Position numbers and translations under genes: made by a program. Under the pieces are notes generated by a model, which ran no database searches, was not told the origin of the DNA, and worked only from the letters and a program-made list of their open reading frames with translations. Positions 1 to 13,467 of a DNA stretch of 64,000 nucleotides are shown piece after piece; the first letter of the stretch is position 1, and each line of letters starts with the position of its first letter. Source of the stretch: an uncultured Methylomirabilota bacterium (GTDB taxonomy: Bacteria; Methylomirabilota; Methylomirabilia; Methylomirabilales; 2-02-FULL-66-22); assembly GCA_963845565.1 (NCBI GenBank), contig CAWJSJ010000002.1:736001-800000 (forward strand), given 5' to 3'.

Positions 1-390
1 AAGCATGTGGATTCCACCGTGAACAACCCCTCCGAGTGCCGTGAGCCACTGGCGGGCGGGGAAGGTGCGCCCGCTGGCGGTGATCGACCACGAGCGAATC
101 CCGTTGCCCATGTGGGATCAGATCCCGACCCTGAAAGAGGCCACGGGCATCGATATCAGCTACCTGATGTTGCGCGGCATCTTCGCGGCGCCCAAGATCA
201 AGAAGGAAGTCCAGGACGGGTACGTCGCACTCTTCAAGAAGGTGACGAAACCGAGGACTACAAGAAGTACCTGAAGGACAACGCCCTCAAGGGCGCCTTC
301 CAGTCCGGCCCAGAGTTCGTGAACTGGGTCGAGGAGCAGGACACGCTCCACAAGACGTTGATGGAAAAAGGCGGAATGATGAAGCAGTAA
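1..390 (+). CDS. tctC: Bug/TctC tripartite tricarboxylate transporter substrate-binding protein, 3' part (frameshifted, truncated by window edge)
   Basis: Segments AGKVRPLAV...IPTLKEATGIDI...RGIFAAP (41-274) and YKKYLKDNAL...EFVNWVEEQ (to 390) lie in different frames. Followed by tctB/tctA-like genes. Confidence 0.75.
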   Translation, partial: KHVDSTVNNPSECREPLAGGEGAPAGGDRPRANPVAHVGSDPDPERGHGHRYQLPDVARHLRGAQDQEGSPGRVRRTLQEGDETEDYKKYLKDNALKGAFQSGPEFVNWVEEQDTLHKTLMEKGGMMKQ

Positions 391-520
391 GCTTCTGTGC
401 AGATAGGGCGTGACCGGCTTCGGATAGCGACCGAGCGGGGCCACGCGAACCGTGCAGCGTCTCCGGGGGGCGATGCGTCTCCCCGGAGACGCACGCTGTT
501 GTGCTGAACGAGGAGAAGCC

Positions 521-1002
521 ATGACCTATAAGATGGCCGATCTCATGATCGCGGGCATCCTCTTATGACTTGGCGTCCTTGTCGTCGCGGATTCGTTTCG
601 ACTCGGAAGCGGTTGGGGGATGGAAGGGCCCAAAGCCGGGTTCTTCCCGTTTTTCATGGCCGCGATCGCTGTGGTCGGTTGCGTGGTGGTCGTCGGCAGG
701 CCATGAAAGGGACGTCCTCCGTGAAGGGCAACAAACCGTTCGTGCCTTCCGGCGGAATGAAGCCGGTCCTCACGGTGTTCGTCCCGGCCTGTGGGATGAT
801 CCTTGCTGACCGAGGTCGTCGGATTGTATGTCGCGGCGATGATCTATCTCGCGGGCTACATCAGGATCGTCGGCGAATACCGCTGGAGGACCGTGCTGCT
901 CGTCAGCATCCCCATTCCCCTGATCTTCTACTGGGTGTTCGAGAAGATCTTCCTCATTCCGATGCCTGCGGGGATGTTCGGGCGCAGATCCTTCGATTCT
1001 GA
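521..1002 (+). CDS. tctB: TctB-family small membrane subunit (frameshifted)
   Basis: AGGAG RBS then ATG 521. Pieces include GW..GPKAGFFPF-like sequence and LIFYWVFEKIFLIPMPAG. Lies between tctC and tctA. Confidence 0.7.
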
Positions 1003-1023
1003 GCGGAAAGGAGTCATCCAGCC

Positions 1024-2551
1024 ATGGACATCCTTACCAACCTGACGTTCGGGCTCAAGGTCGCCGGCGAGCCCTATAATCTCATGGTCGCCGCCGCCGG
1101 GCTCATCCTCGGCGTCATCGTCGGCGTCCTGCCGGGGCTCGGCGGGGCCAACGGCTGCGCCATCCTGATCCCCGTGACCTTCGTCATGCCTCCGGTGGCG
1201 GCCGTGATCCTGCTCTCCTGCCTCTACTGGGGGTCGCTCTACGGAGGCTGCCATCTGCTCGATCCTCTTCAACATTCCCGGCGAGCCGTGGGCGGTGGCC
1301 ACCACCTTCGACGGCTATCCCATGGCCAAGAAGGGCCAGGCCGGACTGGCGCTCAGTGCCGCGTTCTTCGCGCATTTTGTGCGGCGCCGTTCTTGGCACG
1401 ATCGCTCTTGACGTTCTTCGCGCCCGTGCTGGCCGCCTTTGCCCTGCGCTTCGGCCCGCCGGAGGTCTTCGCGGTCATGCTCCTCACCTTCAGCGCCTTC
1501 GTCGGTCTGGTGGGAAAGTCGCCCATCAAGACGCTGGTCGCGACCGCCTTCGGATTCATCATGGCCTCGGTGGGCATCGACATCGTCAGCGGCGAGCTGC
1601 GCCTGACCTTCGGGTCCTGACGGCCCTGATGGGCGGCTTCAGCTTCATCGTCGCGGTCATCGGCCTCTTCGGCATCGGCGAGATCTTCCAGACCGTCGAG
1701 GAGGGCCTCAAGATCGAGGGGGTCAAGGCTACCGGATGCAATGGGAGCGACATCATCGACACCTTCAGAGACATGGCGACGGTACCGGAAGAACCTGCTC
1801 CTGAGCTCCATCGTCGGCTGCTGGATGGGCTTCAAGCCCGGCGGCGCCACGCCGGCCTCGTTCATGGCCTATGGCTTCGCCAAGGGGGCGCCGGAAAAGA
1901 AGAGGACGAGTACGGCAAGGGCCACGTTGCGGGCATCCTCTCGCCCGAGGTCGGCGGCGCACGGCGCCGGCACCTCGGCCATGCTTCCCATGATCACGCT
2001 GGGCATTCCCGGGGTCTCCCACGGCGGCGGTCATCATCGGCGGCCTGATGATCTGGGGCCTCCAGCCGGGCCCGATGCTCTTCAAGGACAACCCGGATTT
2101 CGTCTGGGGAATGATCGCCAGCACCTGGTACGCGAATATCCTCGGCCTGCGTCGTCGTCGTCGCGTTCGCGCCCGCTGTTCGCGTCGGTCCTCCGGATTC
2201 CGTTCGCGATCCTGATGCCCCTCCTGATCTTCATCTGCGCCATCGGCGCCTATGCGGTCAACAACCGGATGATCGACATCTGGTACATGATGCTCTTCGG
2301 GATCATCGGCTATTTCGTTCAAGAAGCTGAACTACACCATGGCCCCCATGCTGCTGGCGCTGGTGCTGGGCGACATGGCGGAATCGGCGCTGCGGCAAGG
2401 CCTGATCATGTCCCAGGGGTCGCTCTTGATCTTCCTCCGCCCGCCGATTACGCTGCCGCTGCGTCATCGGGGCAGCCGTGATCGGATTCTGGCCGCTGAT
2501 CCAGGCCACTAAGGCGTCGCCCCGACGGAACGGCAGGAGTGCCGCGGCTGA
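1024..2551 (+). CDS. tctA: TctA-family permease (multiple frameshifts; end approximate)
   Basis: GVIVGVLPGLG, FGPPEVFA, MLPMITLGIPG and GAYAVNNRMIDIW motifs are spread over several frames. Confidence 0.8.
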
Positions 2552-2803
2552 ATGGGTGATACGGGGACGCCCAGCCCAACGCCAGCGCGGCACTCGGCTG
2601 GCGTTGGCGTCATCGCGGTCGGGTCGGCAGCCCGAGATTGGCCCGCCAGGGGATTTGCGTGCACGGATTGACCGTGGGGGTCCACGCCAAGGCGTGAGGA
2701 CAGGAACGCGGAAAACAGGCTGAGGGATTCTGCCCGGCACTGACATCGCGCGATCGGCCGTACGACGACCGGAACCTTTTGGAGTCATTGGAGGGAGCAT
2801 GTT

Positions 2804-3841
2804 GTGAATACCCATACCGTGTTTTGGTTCTCGTTTGTAGCGGTGTATGTGATCGTGTTCTTCATCGACATGTACGTCACCAGCCACCGCCAGGGAGAGA
2901 TTTCAGTGGGCGCGGCGCTGCGCTGGACCGCGCTCTGGATGTCGATTGCGCTCTTGTATGGCGGCGCGATTTATCTGTTTTATCCGCAAAATCCCGGCAG
3001 TACCGTCAACACGGCCACGGAAATCACGATCAAGTACATCGCCGGTTATCTGACCGAATACTCGCTCTCCGTCGACAACCTCTTCGTGTTCATCATGATC
3101 TTCTCGTTGATGGGGGTCCATGAGAAGAACCAGCCCCGCCTGCTCAAGCTGGGCATTCTGCTGTCCATCGTCCTCAGGATCCTGTTCATCCTGGTGGGCA
3201 TGGGGCTGGTGCAGCGGTTCGGCTGGATCCTCTATGTCTTCGGGGCGCTCCTGATCTGGACGGCCTGGAAGATGGCCTTTACGGCCGAAGACGACCATGT
3301 GGACCCGAAGAACAATATCCTGTACAAGCAAGCCTCGAAGATGTTCCCGGTGGATCCCGACCCTCACACGCCGAGATTCTTCACCAAGATCGACGGGAAG
3401 ATCCACATCACCAGCGTGTTGCTCGTTTTTCTTGTGATTGGATCCACCGACGTGCTATTTGCCATTGATTCCATCCCGGCCATCATCGGGGTCATCAAAG
3501 AAGGCGCGTCGAACGTCCTCACGCTTGAAGAGGAGAACTTCATCGCCATCACCTCGAACGTGTTCGCCGTGATGGGGCTGGTCTCGCTGTTCTTCGGCCT
3601 CAAGGGCATCATGGGCATGTTCCGCTACCTGAAGCACGGCGTCAGCTTCATCCTGTTCTTCATCGGGGTGAAGATGATGCTGGGCTTCGTCCCGGCCGTC
3701 GAGCACTTCTTCAAGGCTCATTCCTGGGTGTCGCTGGCCGTGATCGTGGCCACCCTCGCGATGTCCGTGGTGCTGTCGGCGATCATCAAGGAAGAGGTGG
3801 ACGAGGCGGTAAAAGCCGAAAAGGCGACCTCGTCCCACTAG
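2804..3841 (+). CDS. TerC/Alx family metal-homeostasis membrane protein
   Basis: EYSLSVDNLFVF, DVLFAIDSIPAI and ITSNVFAVMGL motifs. GGAGG RBS and GTG start. Confidence 0.9.
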   Translation: MNTHTVFWFSFVAVYVIVFFIDMYVTSHRQGEISVGAALRWTALWMSIALLYGGAIYLFYPQNPGSTVNTATEITIKYIAGYLTEYSLSVDNLFVFIMIFSLMGVHEKNQPRLLKLGILLSIVLRILFILVGMGLVQRFGWILYVFGALLIWTAWKMAFTAEDDHVDPKNNILYKQASKMFPVDPDPHTPRFFTKIDGKIHITSVLLVFLVIGSTDVLFAIDSIPAIIGVIKEGASNVLTLEEENFIAITSNVFAVMGLVSLFFGLKGIMGMFRYLKHGVSFILFFIGVKMMLGFVPAVEHFFKAHSWVSLAVIVATLAMSVVLSAIIKEEVDEAVKAEKATSSH

Positions 3842-3888
3842 CAGCCCGAGGACTGCGTCTCCAGGCGACGGGCTGTCACGGAGCCGCT

Positions 3889-4839
3889 ATGCGCATTCTG
3901 GTGACCGGCGGGAACGGGAGTGTGGGGCAGGGGTTGATCCCGCATCTGCTCGACCGCGGACACCACGTCGTGGTGCTGGATACCGAGCTGGGGGCGGTAC
4001 GAGCGATCGCCCACCCCCAGTTCGCCGTGGTGTCCGGCGGTGTCGAAGACGCGGCCGCGGTGGCCGCGGCAACGCGCGGGGTCGAGGCGATCATCCATCT
4101 CGCCTGGTCGTTCTCGGACGATCCCCTTCACCTCTTGGAGCATGACCTACGGGGCCACGCGTTGCTCCTGGGGGCGGTGCGCGACCAGGGGGTGCGCCAC
4201 TTCATCTACACCAGCACCGCGGTCGTGTACGGGAAACCGGTCCGCACCCCGATTGACGAGGAGCATCCGCTCCGGGTGCTGGACGCCCGCAAGCCCACCT
4301 ACGGGATAGCCAAAGAGTTCGCTGAGAAGTTGACAATCCTCGCCGCGCGGGATACGGCGCTCTCCGCCACGATCCTGCGATTTTGGTGGGCCTTCGGGGA
4401 CGAGATCGGCGGCAGACATCTGCGCGACATGCTCAAGACGGCGGCCTCCGGACAGCCCGTCCGGGTGCCGGCCGATTGCGGCGGAAGCTTTCTCAGCCAG
4501 GAAGATTTCAACCAGGCGGTCGAGACGATTCTCTTCATGCCCGCGACCGGCGGGCGCGTCTTCAACCTCGCCAGTGCCTACGTGACCTGGGAAGAGGTCG
4601 CCCGCATGGTCGTGAAGGTCACCGGAGGAAAGAGCGCGGTCGAAGTGGTGCCGCGCGAGGCCTGGACCGGCGCCGCCTTCTTGGCGGACCGGTGGGAGCT
4701 GACCGATCAACGGATACGGACAGCCGTAGGTTTCAAGCCAAGCCACGATACCGCCGAAGTCCGGGAGGCCCTCGGTCGGGCCATCGCCGGTACCTGGGAA
4801 CGACTTCGTTCTCGGGATGCCGCCTCCCGGACCAGGTGA
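3889..4839 (+). CDS. NAD-dependent epimerase/dehydratase (extended SDR)
   Basis: MRILVTGGNGSVG Rossmann motif; YTSTAVVYG; YGIAK (YxxxK). Confidence 0.9.
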   Translation: MRILVTGGNGSVGQGLIPHLLDRGHHVVVLDTELGAVRAIAHPQFAVVSGGVEDAAAVAAATRGVEAIIHLAWSFSDDPLHLLEHDLRGHALLLGAVRDQGVRHFIYTSTAVVYGKPVRTPIDEEHPLRVLDARKPTYGIAKEFAEKLTILAARDTALSATILRFWWAFGDEIGGRHLRDMLKTAASGQPVRVPADCGGSFLSQEDFNQAVETILFMPATGGRVFNLASAYVTWEEVARMVVKVTGGKSAVEVVPREAWTGAAFLADRWELTDQRIRTAVGFKPSHDTAEVREALGRAIAGTWERLRSRDAASRTR

Positions 4840-4949
4840 ACAGTCGGAGCGACAGGCAAGATCGGAACGCGCGTACGGTTGGCGGATCCGACGGAGAGAG
4901 GCTGCGGTTCGGAGCAAGACCCTCGGCACAGGCGGAAACGGAGGCGCTT

Positions 4950-6430
4950 ACGAAACGATGGAGGACTACTAGCGGGAGGATTGTTCCTCTTGGCGTGTGT
5001 CGTGGCGCCGCTCTGGTGGGCCGAGGAGGCCGCAGCGCAAGGCCGGCCGGCCCTGCCGGCCTTCGCAGGCGCCAAAGAGGGGGGCAGTGTGCATCGGCTG
5101 TCACAGCCGAATGAACAATGCGATGGTATACGAGTGGCGGGCGTCTCGGATGGGGCAAAAGGGAGTCAACTGCTTTGATTGCCATCGCGCGGAGAAAGGG
5201 GACCCCGACGCCTTCGAGCACAACGGTTTTCTCATCTCCGTCATCGTCTCTCCAAAGGATTGCGGCCGTTGCCACCAGAAGCAAGTCGACGAGCAAAAGG
5301 GAAGCCACCACGCCAAGGGCGGTCAGATCCTGGCCTCCATTGACAATTACTTGGGAGAGGTCGTGGGCGGACCCCCCGCCGTGGCCGTCGGCTGCATGCA
5401 ATGCCACGGATCGGAAATCAAGGTCCTGCCGGGCGGGAAGTTCGATCCGGCCACCTGGCCAAACAGCGGGATCGGCCGTATCAATCCCGACGGGAGCTGG
5501 GGGAGTTGCACGGCGTGCCATACGCGCCACCGATTCTCGGTGGAACAGGCCCGCCGCCCCGACGCCTGCGGCAAGTGCCACCTTGGGCCGGACCACCCTC
5601 AGATGGAAGTGTACAAGGAATCCAAGCACGGGATCCTGTACGAGGCGTTTCGAGATAAGCTGAACATGGATCGCCCCAGCTGGGTTGTGGGGAAGGATTA
5701 CACCACGGCGCCGACCTGCTCCACCTGTCACATGAGCGCCACACCGACCCAGGGCGCGACCCACGACGTTGGGGAACGGATCAGCTGGACACTCCGGCCG
5801 GCGATCTCGACTAAACTCAACATGGTGATCTACGAGGACCTGTGGAAAGAGGATCTGCCGGAAGGTGCCGCCCTGCCGAAGAAGGGAGAGGACGTCAAGG
5901 CGAAGGATGGGAAGACGCGGAAGGTCAAGGACGTCCTCACCTGGAAGCAACGGCGCGACCGCATGCAAGATGTCTGTTCGAGCTGTCATGCCGGCGGGCA
6001 GGTTGCAGGCTTCTACAAACAGTTCGACGAACTGGTGGAGCTGTATAACGACAAATTCGCCAAACCGGCCACGGCGATCATGAACGAGCTGTACCAGGCG
6101 AAAAAGCTGACGGCGGTCCCCATGGACGAGAAGCTGGAGTGGACCTACTGGGAGCTCTGGCACCACGAGGGTCGGCGGGCGCGGCACGGCGCCTCCATGT
6201 CCGGCCCGGACTACGCCTGGTGGCACGGCATCTACGACGTGGCCAAGAACTTTTACACCCACTTCATCCCGGAGGTGAAGCAGGTGGCGGGCGAGCCGCT
6301 GGCGACGCAGTTGCTCAACAAGCATGTCTATTCCCAGCCCGGCCACAAATGGGTGAAAGAGGGAATGACCAAGGAGCAATTGCAGCAGATCCAGGAGTTC
6401 TACCGCCAACGGTACGGCACGCAGAAATAG
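4950..6430 (+). CDS. Octaheme cytochrome c, hydroxylamine oxidoreductase (HAO) family; 5' end frameshifted, start approximate
   Basis: Eight CxxCH motifs (CIGCH, CFDCH, CGRCH, CMQCH, CTACH, CGKCH, CSTCH, CSSCH), plus GPDHPQ and GPDYAWWHG. A signal-peptide-like LLAGGLFLLACVVAPLWWAEEAAAQ is in another frame upstream of a G6 run near 5080. Confidence 0.85.
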
Positions 6431-6447
6431 CACGGTCGGTCATGTCC

Positions 6448-6485
6448 GCGTGGAGGTGAGGTCCGGTCGGACCTCACCTCCACGC
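6448..6485. repeat. Perfect 18-bp inverted repeat (hairpin) downstream of the HAO-like gene
   Basis: GCGTGGAGGTGAGGTCCG-GT-CGGACCTCACCTCCACGC. Confidence 0.8.
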
Positions 6486-6757
6486 ATCGGGCTGTGCGCC
6501 CTTGCCGGGTGAAGGCGAACCAGGCGCCGCGTGTGCCACCGGTCGAGATGCAGCCCTCCCGCATTTGTCCGCTTTCGCGTCCATTCCAGGCAGCACCACC
6601 CTTTCCCCTTGGCGAACCGGTCAGTTTGGTTTAGGGTAATCCTCGCTCTGTGGGACGAAGGTGGACCTCCAGCGGGTTTGACCTTTTCCGACATCGGCGG
6701 AAACAGGCATATGCCGGCCGAACGTCGTGCCGGAAATGGCGGAGTACGGGCGAACGC

Positions 6758-7405
6758 ATGGCACTGCTCAGCGACCGGGATGAAAAAGAGGTCCGGACAA
6801 AGCTGGCGGGCTTGACCAGCCGGGTGACGCTGGTCAACTTCACGCAAGAGCTGTCCTGCCAGTATTGCCGAGAGACCGAACAGCTCTTGAAAGAGGTCGC
6901 GGCACTCTCTGACAAGATCGCCCTGGAGGTATACAACTTCCAGCTCGACAAGGCCCAGGTCGCCCAGTACGGCGTGGACAAGATCCCGGCCACGGCCGTG
7001 GTGGGAGCCAAGGACTACGGGATCCGGTTTTACGGCATCCCCCTGGGGTACGAGTTCGGCGCATTCCTGTCGGCGATCGAGGACGTCTCGCGGGGCACCA
7101 CGGATCTGGCGCCCGAGAGCCGCACGGCCCTCGCCGAACTCGCGCAGCCGGTGCGCCTCCAGGTGTTCTCCACCCCCACCTGACCGCACTGCCCGGCCGC
7201 GGTGCGGCTGGCCCAGCAGTTGGCGGTGGAGAGCGATCTGGTCACGGCGGATCTGGTGGAGGTGACGGAATTTCCGTCCCTCGCCCAGCGCTACCAAGTC
7301 CGGGCGGTTCCCCGGACTGTCGTCAACGAGTCGGGGAGTATCGCCGGGGCGCTCCCCGAGGCCGAGTTCGTGAAAGCCGTCATCGCCGCGGCGCAATCGC
7401 GCTGA
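6758..7405 (+). CDS. Two-domain thioredoxin-fold protein disulfide oxidoreductase (PDO/glutaredoxin-like), selenoprotein with UxxC
   Basis: ORFs 6650-7183 and 7202-7405 are in the same frame, separated by TGA 7181-7183. Read-through gives FSTPT-U-PHC at the second CxxC site; the first site is CQYC. A SECIS-like hairpin follows. Confidence 0.88.
7193..7211 (+). promoter_or_regulatory. Putative bacterial SECIS stem-loop
   Basis: CCGGCCGC-GGT-GCGGCTGG: 8-bp stem (one G-U pair) with a G-first GGU apical loop 17 nt after the UGA. Confidence 0.7.
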
Positions 7406-7461
7406 GCGGCTTTCGTTCATACTGCCGGCCCCGCGACACCGCGGGCCAATGGAGATGTCCT

Positions 7462-11034
<3,573 letters not shown>

Positions 11035-11036
11035 CG

Positions 11037-12035
<999 letters not shown>

Positions 12036-12220
12036 GCCCGCGCCCCGCCCCGCTTTCGCAAGTGACAGACGGGCGTTAGGGCTATAGGTTGGAACCGAAA
12101 CAGGGATACGCCCTGGTGGAAAACACAATCTACCGCCAGGGCGTCCCTGTCTCTGCGGCCGCCCATCGACGGACCGTGCTCAGCGCATGATTCGCCTCGA
12201 ACCCCGAAAGGAGACGCCCC

Positions 12221-12886
12221 ATGGACGCTGCCACCGCAGGAGCATCCGTTCCGTCTCTGCCCCGCCTGGGCCAGCCCGCCCCCGCCTTCCAGGCCGAGAC
12301 CACCCACGGAACGCTCCGGCTCGAGGACTTCAAGGGCAGTTGGCTGATTCTGTTCTCTCATCCGGCGGACTTCACGCCCGTGTGCACCACCGAGTTCGTG
12401 GAATTCGCGAAGATCGCGGAGCCGCTCGGCAAGAGGAACGTCCAGTTGATGGGCCTCTCCATCGACAGCACCTATTCCCACATCGCCTGGGTTCGGAACA
12501 TCGAGCAGAATTTCAAGGTGACGATCCCGTTCCCGGTGATCGCGGATCTTAACAAGGAGGTCGCCACCCTGTACGGGATGATCATGCCCGGCGAGAGCAA
12601 GACGGAAACCAGCCGCTGCGTCTTCGTCATCGATCCGAACCAAATCATCCGGGCCATGATCTACTACCCGCTGACCACGGGCCGGAACATGGCCGAGATC
12701 CTGCGGCTCATCGATGCGCTGCAAACGACCGACAAGCACGGAGTGGCCACGCCGGCCAACTGGCGCCCCGGGGACCAGGTGATCGTTCCCCCTCCCAAGA
12801 CCGTCGAGGCGGCCGCCGAGCGCGCGCAGATGCCCGGGATCGAGTGCACCGACTGGTACTTCTCGAAACGGGATCTGCCGAAATAG
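12221..12886 (+). CDS. Peroxiredoxin (Prx6/archaeal type)
   Basis: HPADFTPVCTTE active site; YYPLTTGRN; ATPANW; C-terminal ECTDWYF. Confidence 0.93.
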   Translation: MDAATAGASVPSLPRLGQPAPAFQAETTHGTLRLEDFKGSWLILFSHPADFTPVCTTEFVEFAKIAEPLGKRNVQLMGLSIDSTYSHIAWVRNIEQNFKVTIPFPVIADLNKEVATLYGMIMPGESKTETSRCVFVIDPNQIIRAMIYYPLTTGRNMAEILRLIDALQTTDKHGVATPANWRPGDQVIVPPPKTVEAAAERAQMPGIECTDWYFSKRDLPK

Positions 12887-12912
12887 CACGTCACTGATAA
12901 ATCCGTTTCCCC

Positions 12913-13035
12913 AGGCTGCTCAAAAAGGTCCAGATGCAAGGCGGAGCGCTGTAGCCCGAGCGAGGCGTACTGGAGGTACGTCGCAGCGAGCGGCGAAGCG
13001 CTCCAACGCCGCAGATGGGCCTTTTTCAGCAGCCT
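12913..13035. mobile_element. MITE-like palindromic element, family D copy 1
   Basis: Terminal inverted repeats AGGCTGCTCAAAAAGG...CCTTTTTCAGCAGCCT. Homologous (inverted) to 52811-52948. Confidence 0.8.
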
Positions 13036-13048
13036 GGTAGGAGAGCGC

Positions 13049-13276
13049 ATGCCCTGCGTGAGACCCGACGGGACGCTGGAACCCATGGCACAGGCCATCC
13101 TCCGGGCCCTCGGCACGCCTCGCACGGCGGAAGGGGTGTGTGATCACTTGCGCCTTCCCCTCTATCGCGTGCGAAGCACGGTCCGGGAGCTCGTCGAGGC
13201 AGGCCTGGTCGCGGACGCGGATGGAACGCTCCGCCTGACCGACGCAGGGGCCGCCAGAATCCTGGAGCAAGCGTGA
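13049..13276 (+). CDS. Small winged-helix domain protein
   Basis: AGGAG RBS; wHTH-like pattern AILRAL...VRSTVRELVEAGLV...LRLTDAG. Confidence 0.65.
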   Translation: MPCVRPDGTLEPMAQAILRALGTPRTAEGVCDHLRLPLYRVRSTVRELVEAGLVADADGTLRLTDAGAARILEQA

Positions 13277-13467
13277 CGGCTCGGCCGGCGTAACCGCGCC
13301 CCGACGCACCGTCTGGTGTGCCTCGACCGTCCCCACCCTGCCCCGCCCCAAGAGGTCTTTCCCGCGTCGCCCCCTTTTGATATGGTAAGGGCACGCCTGC
13401 GCCTCGCGTCGGGCATTTCCTCGGGATCGGCGCCTGCGCGTCGAGAGCACACGCCGGGAGGACCGCC

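Noticed and set aside
2551..2803. Possible yybP-ykoY Mn riboswitch upstream of terC/alx
   Set aside because: An 11-bp hairpin (2576-2607) and CGTCATC are present, but the GGGGAGUA start and the GAGACC elements are not. It needs an Rfam scan and is not supportable by eye.
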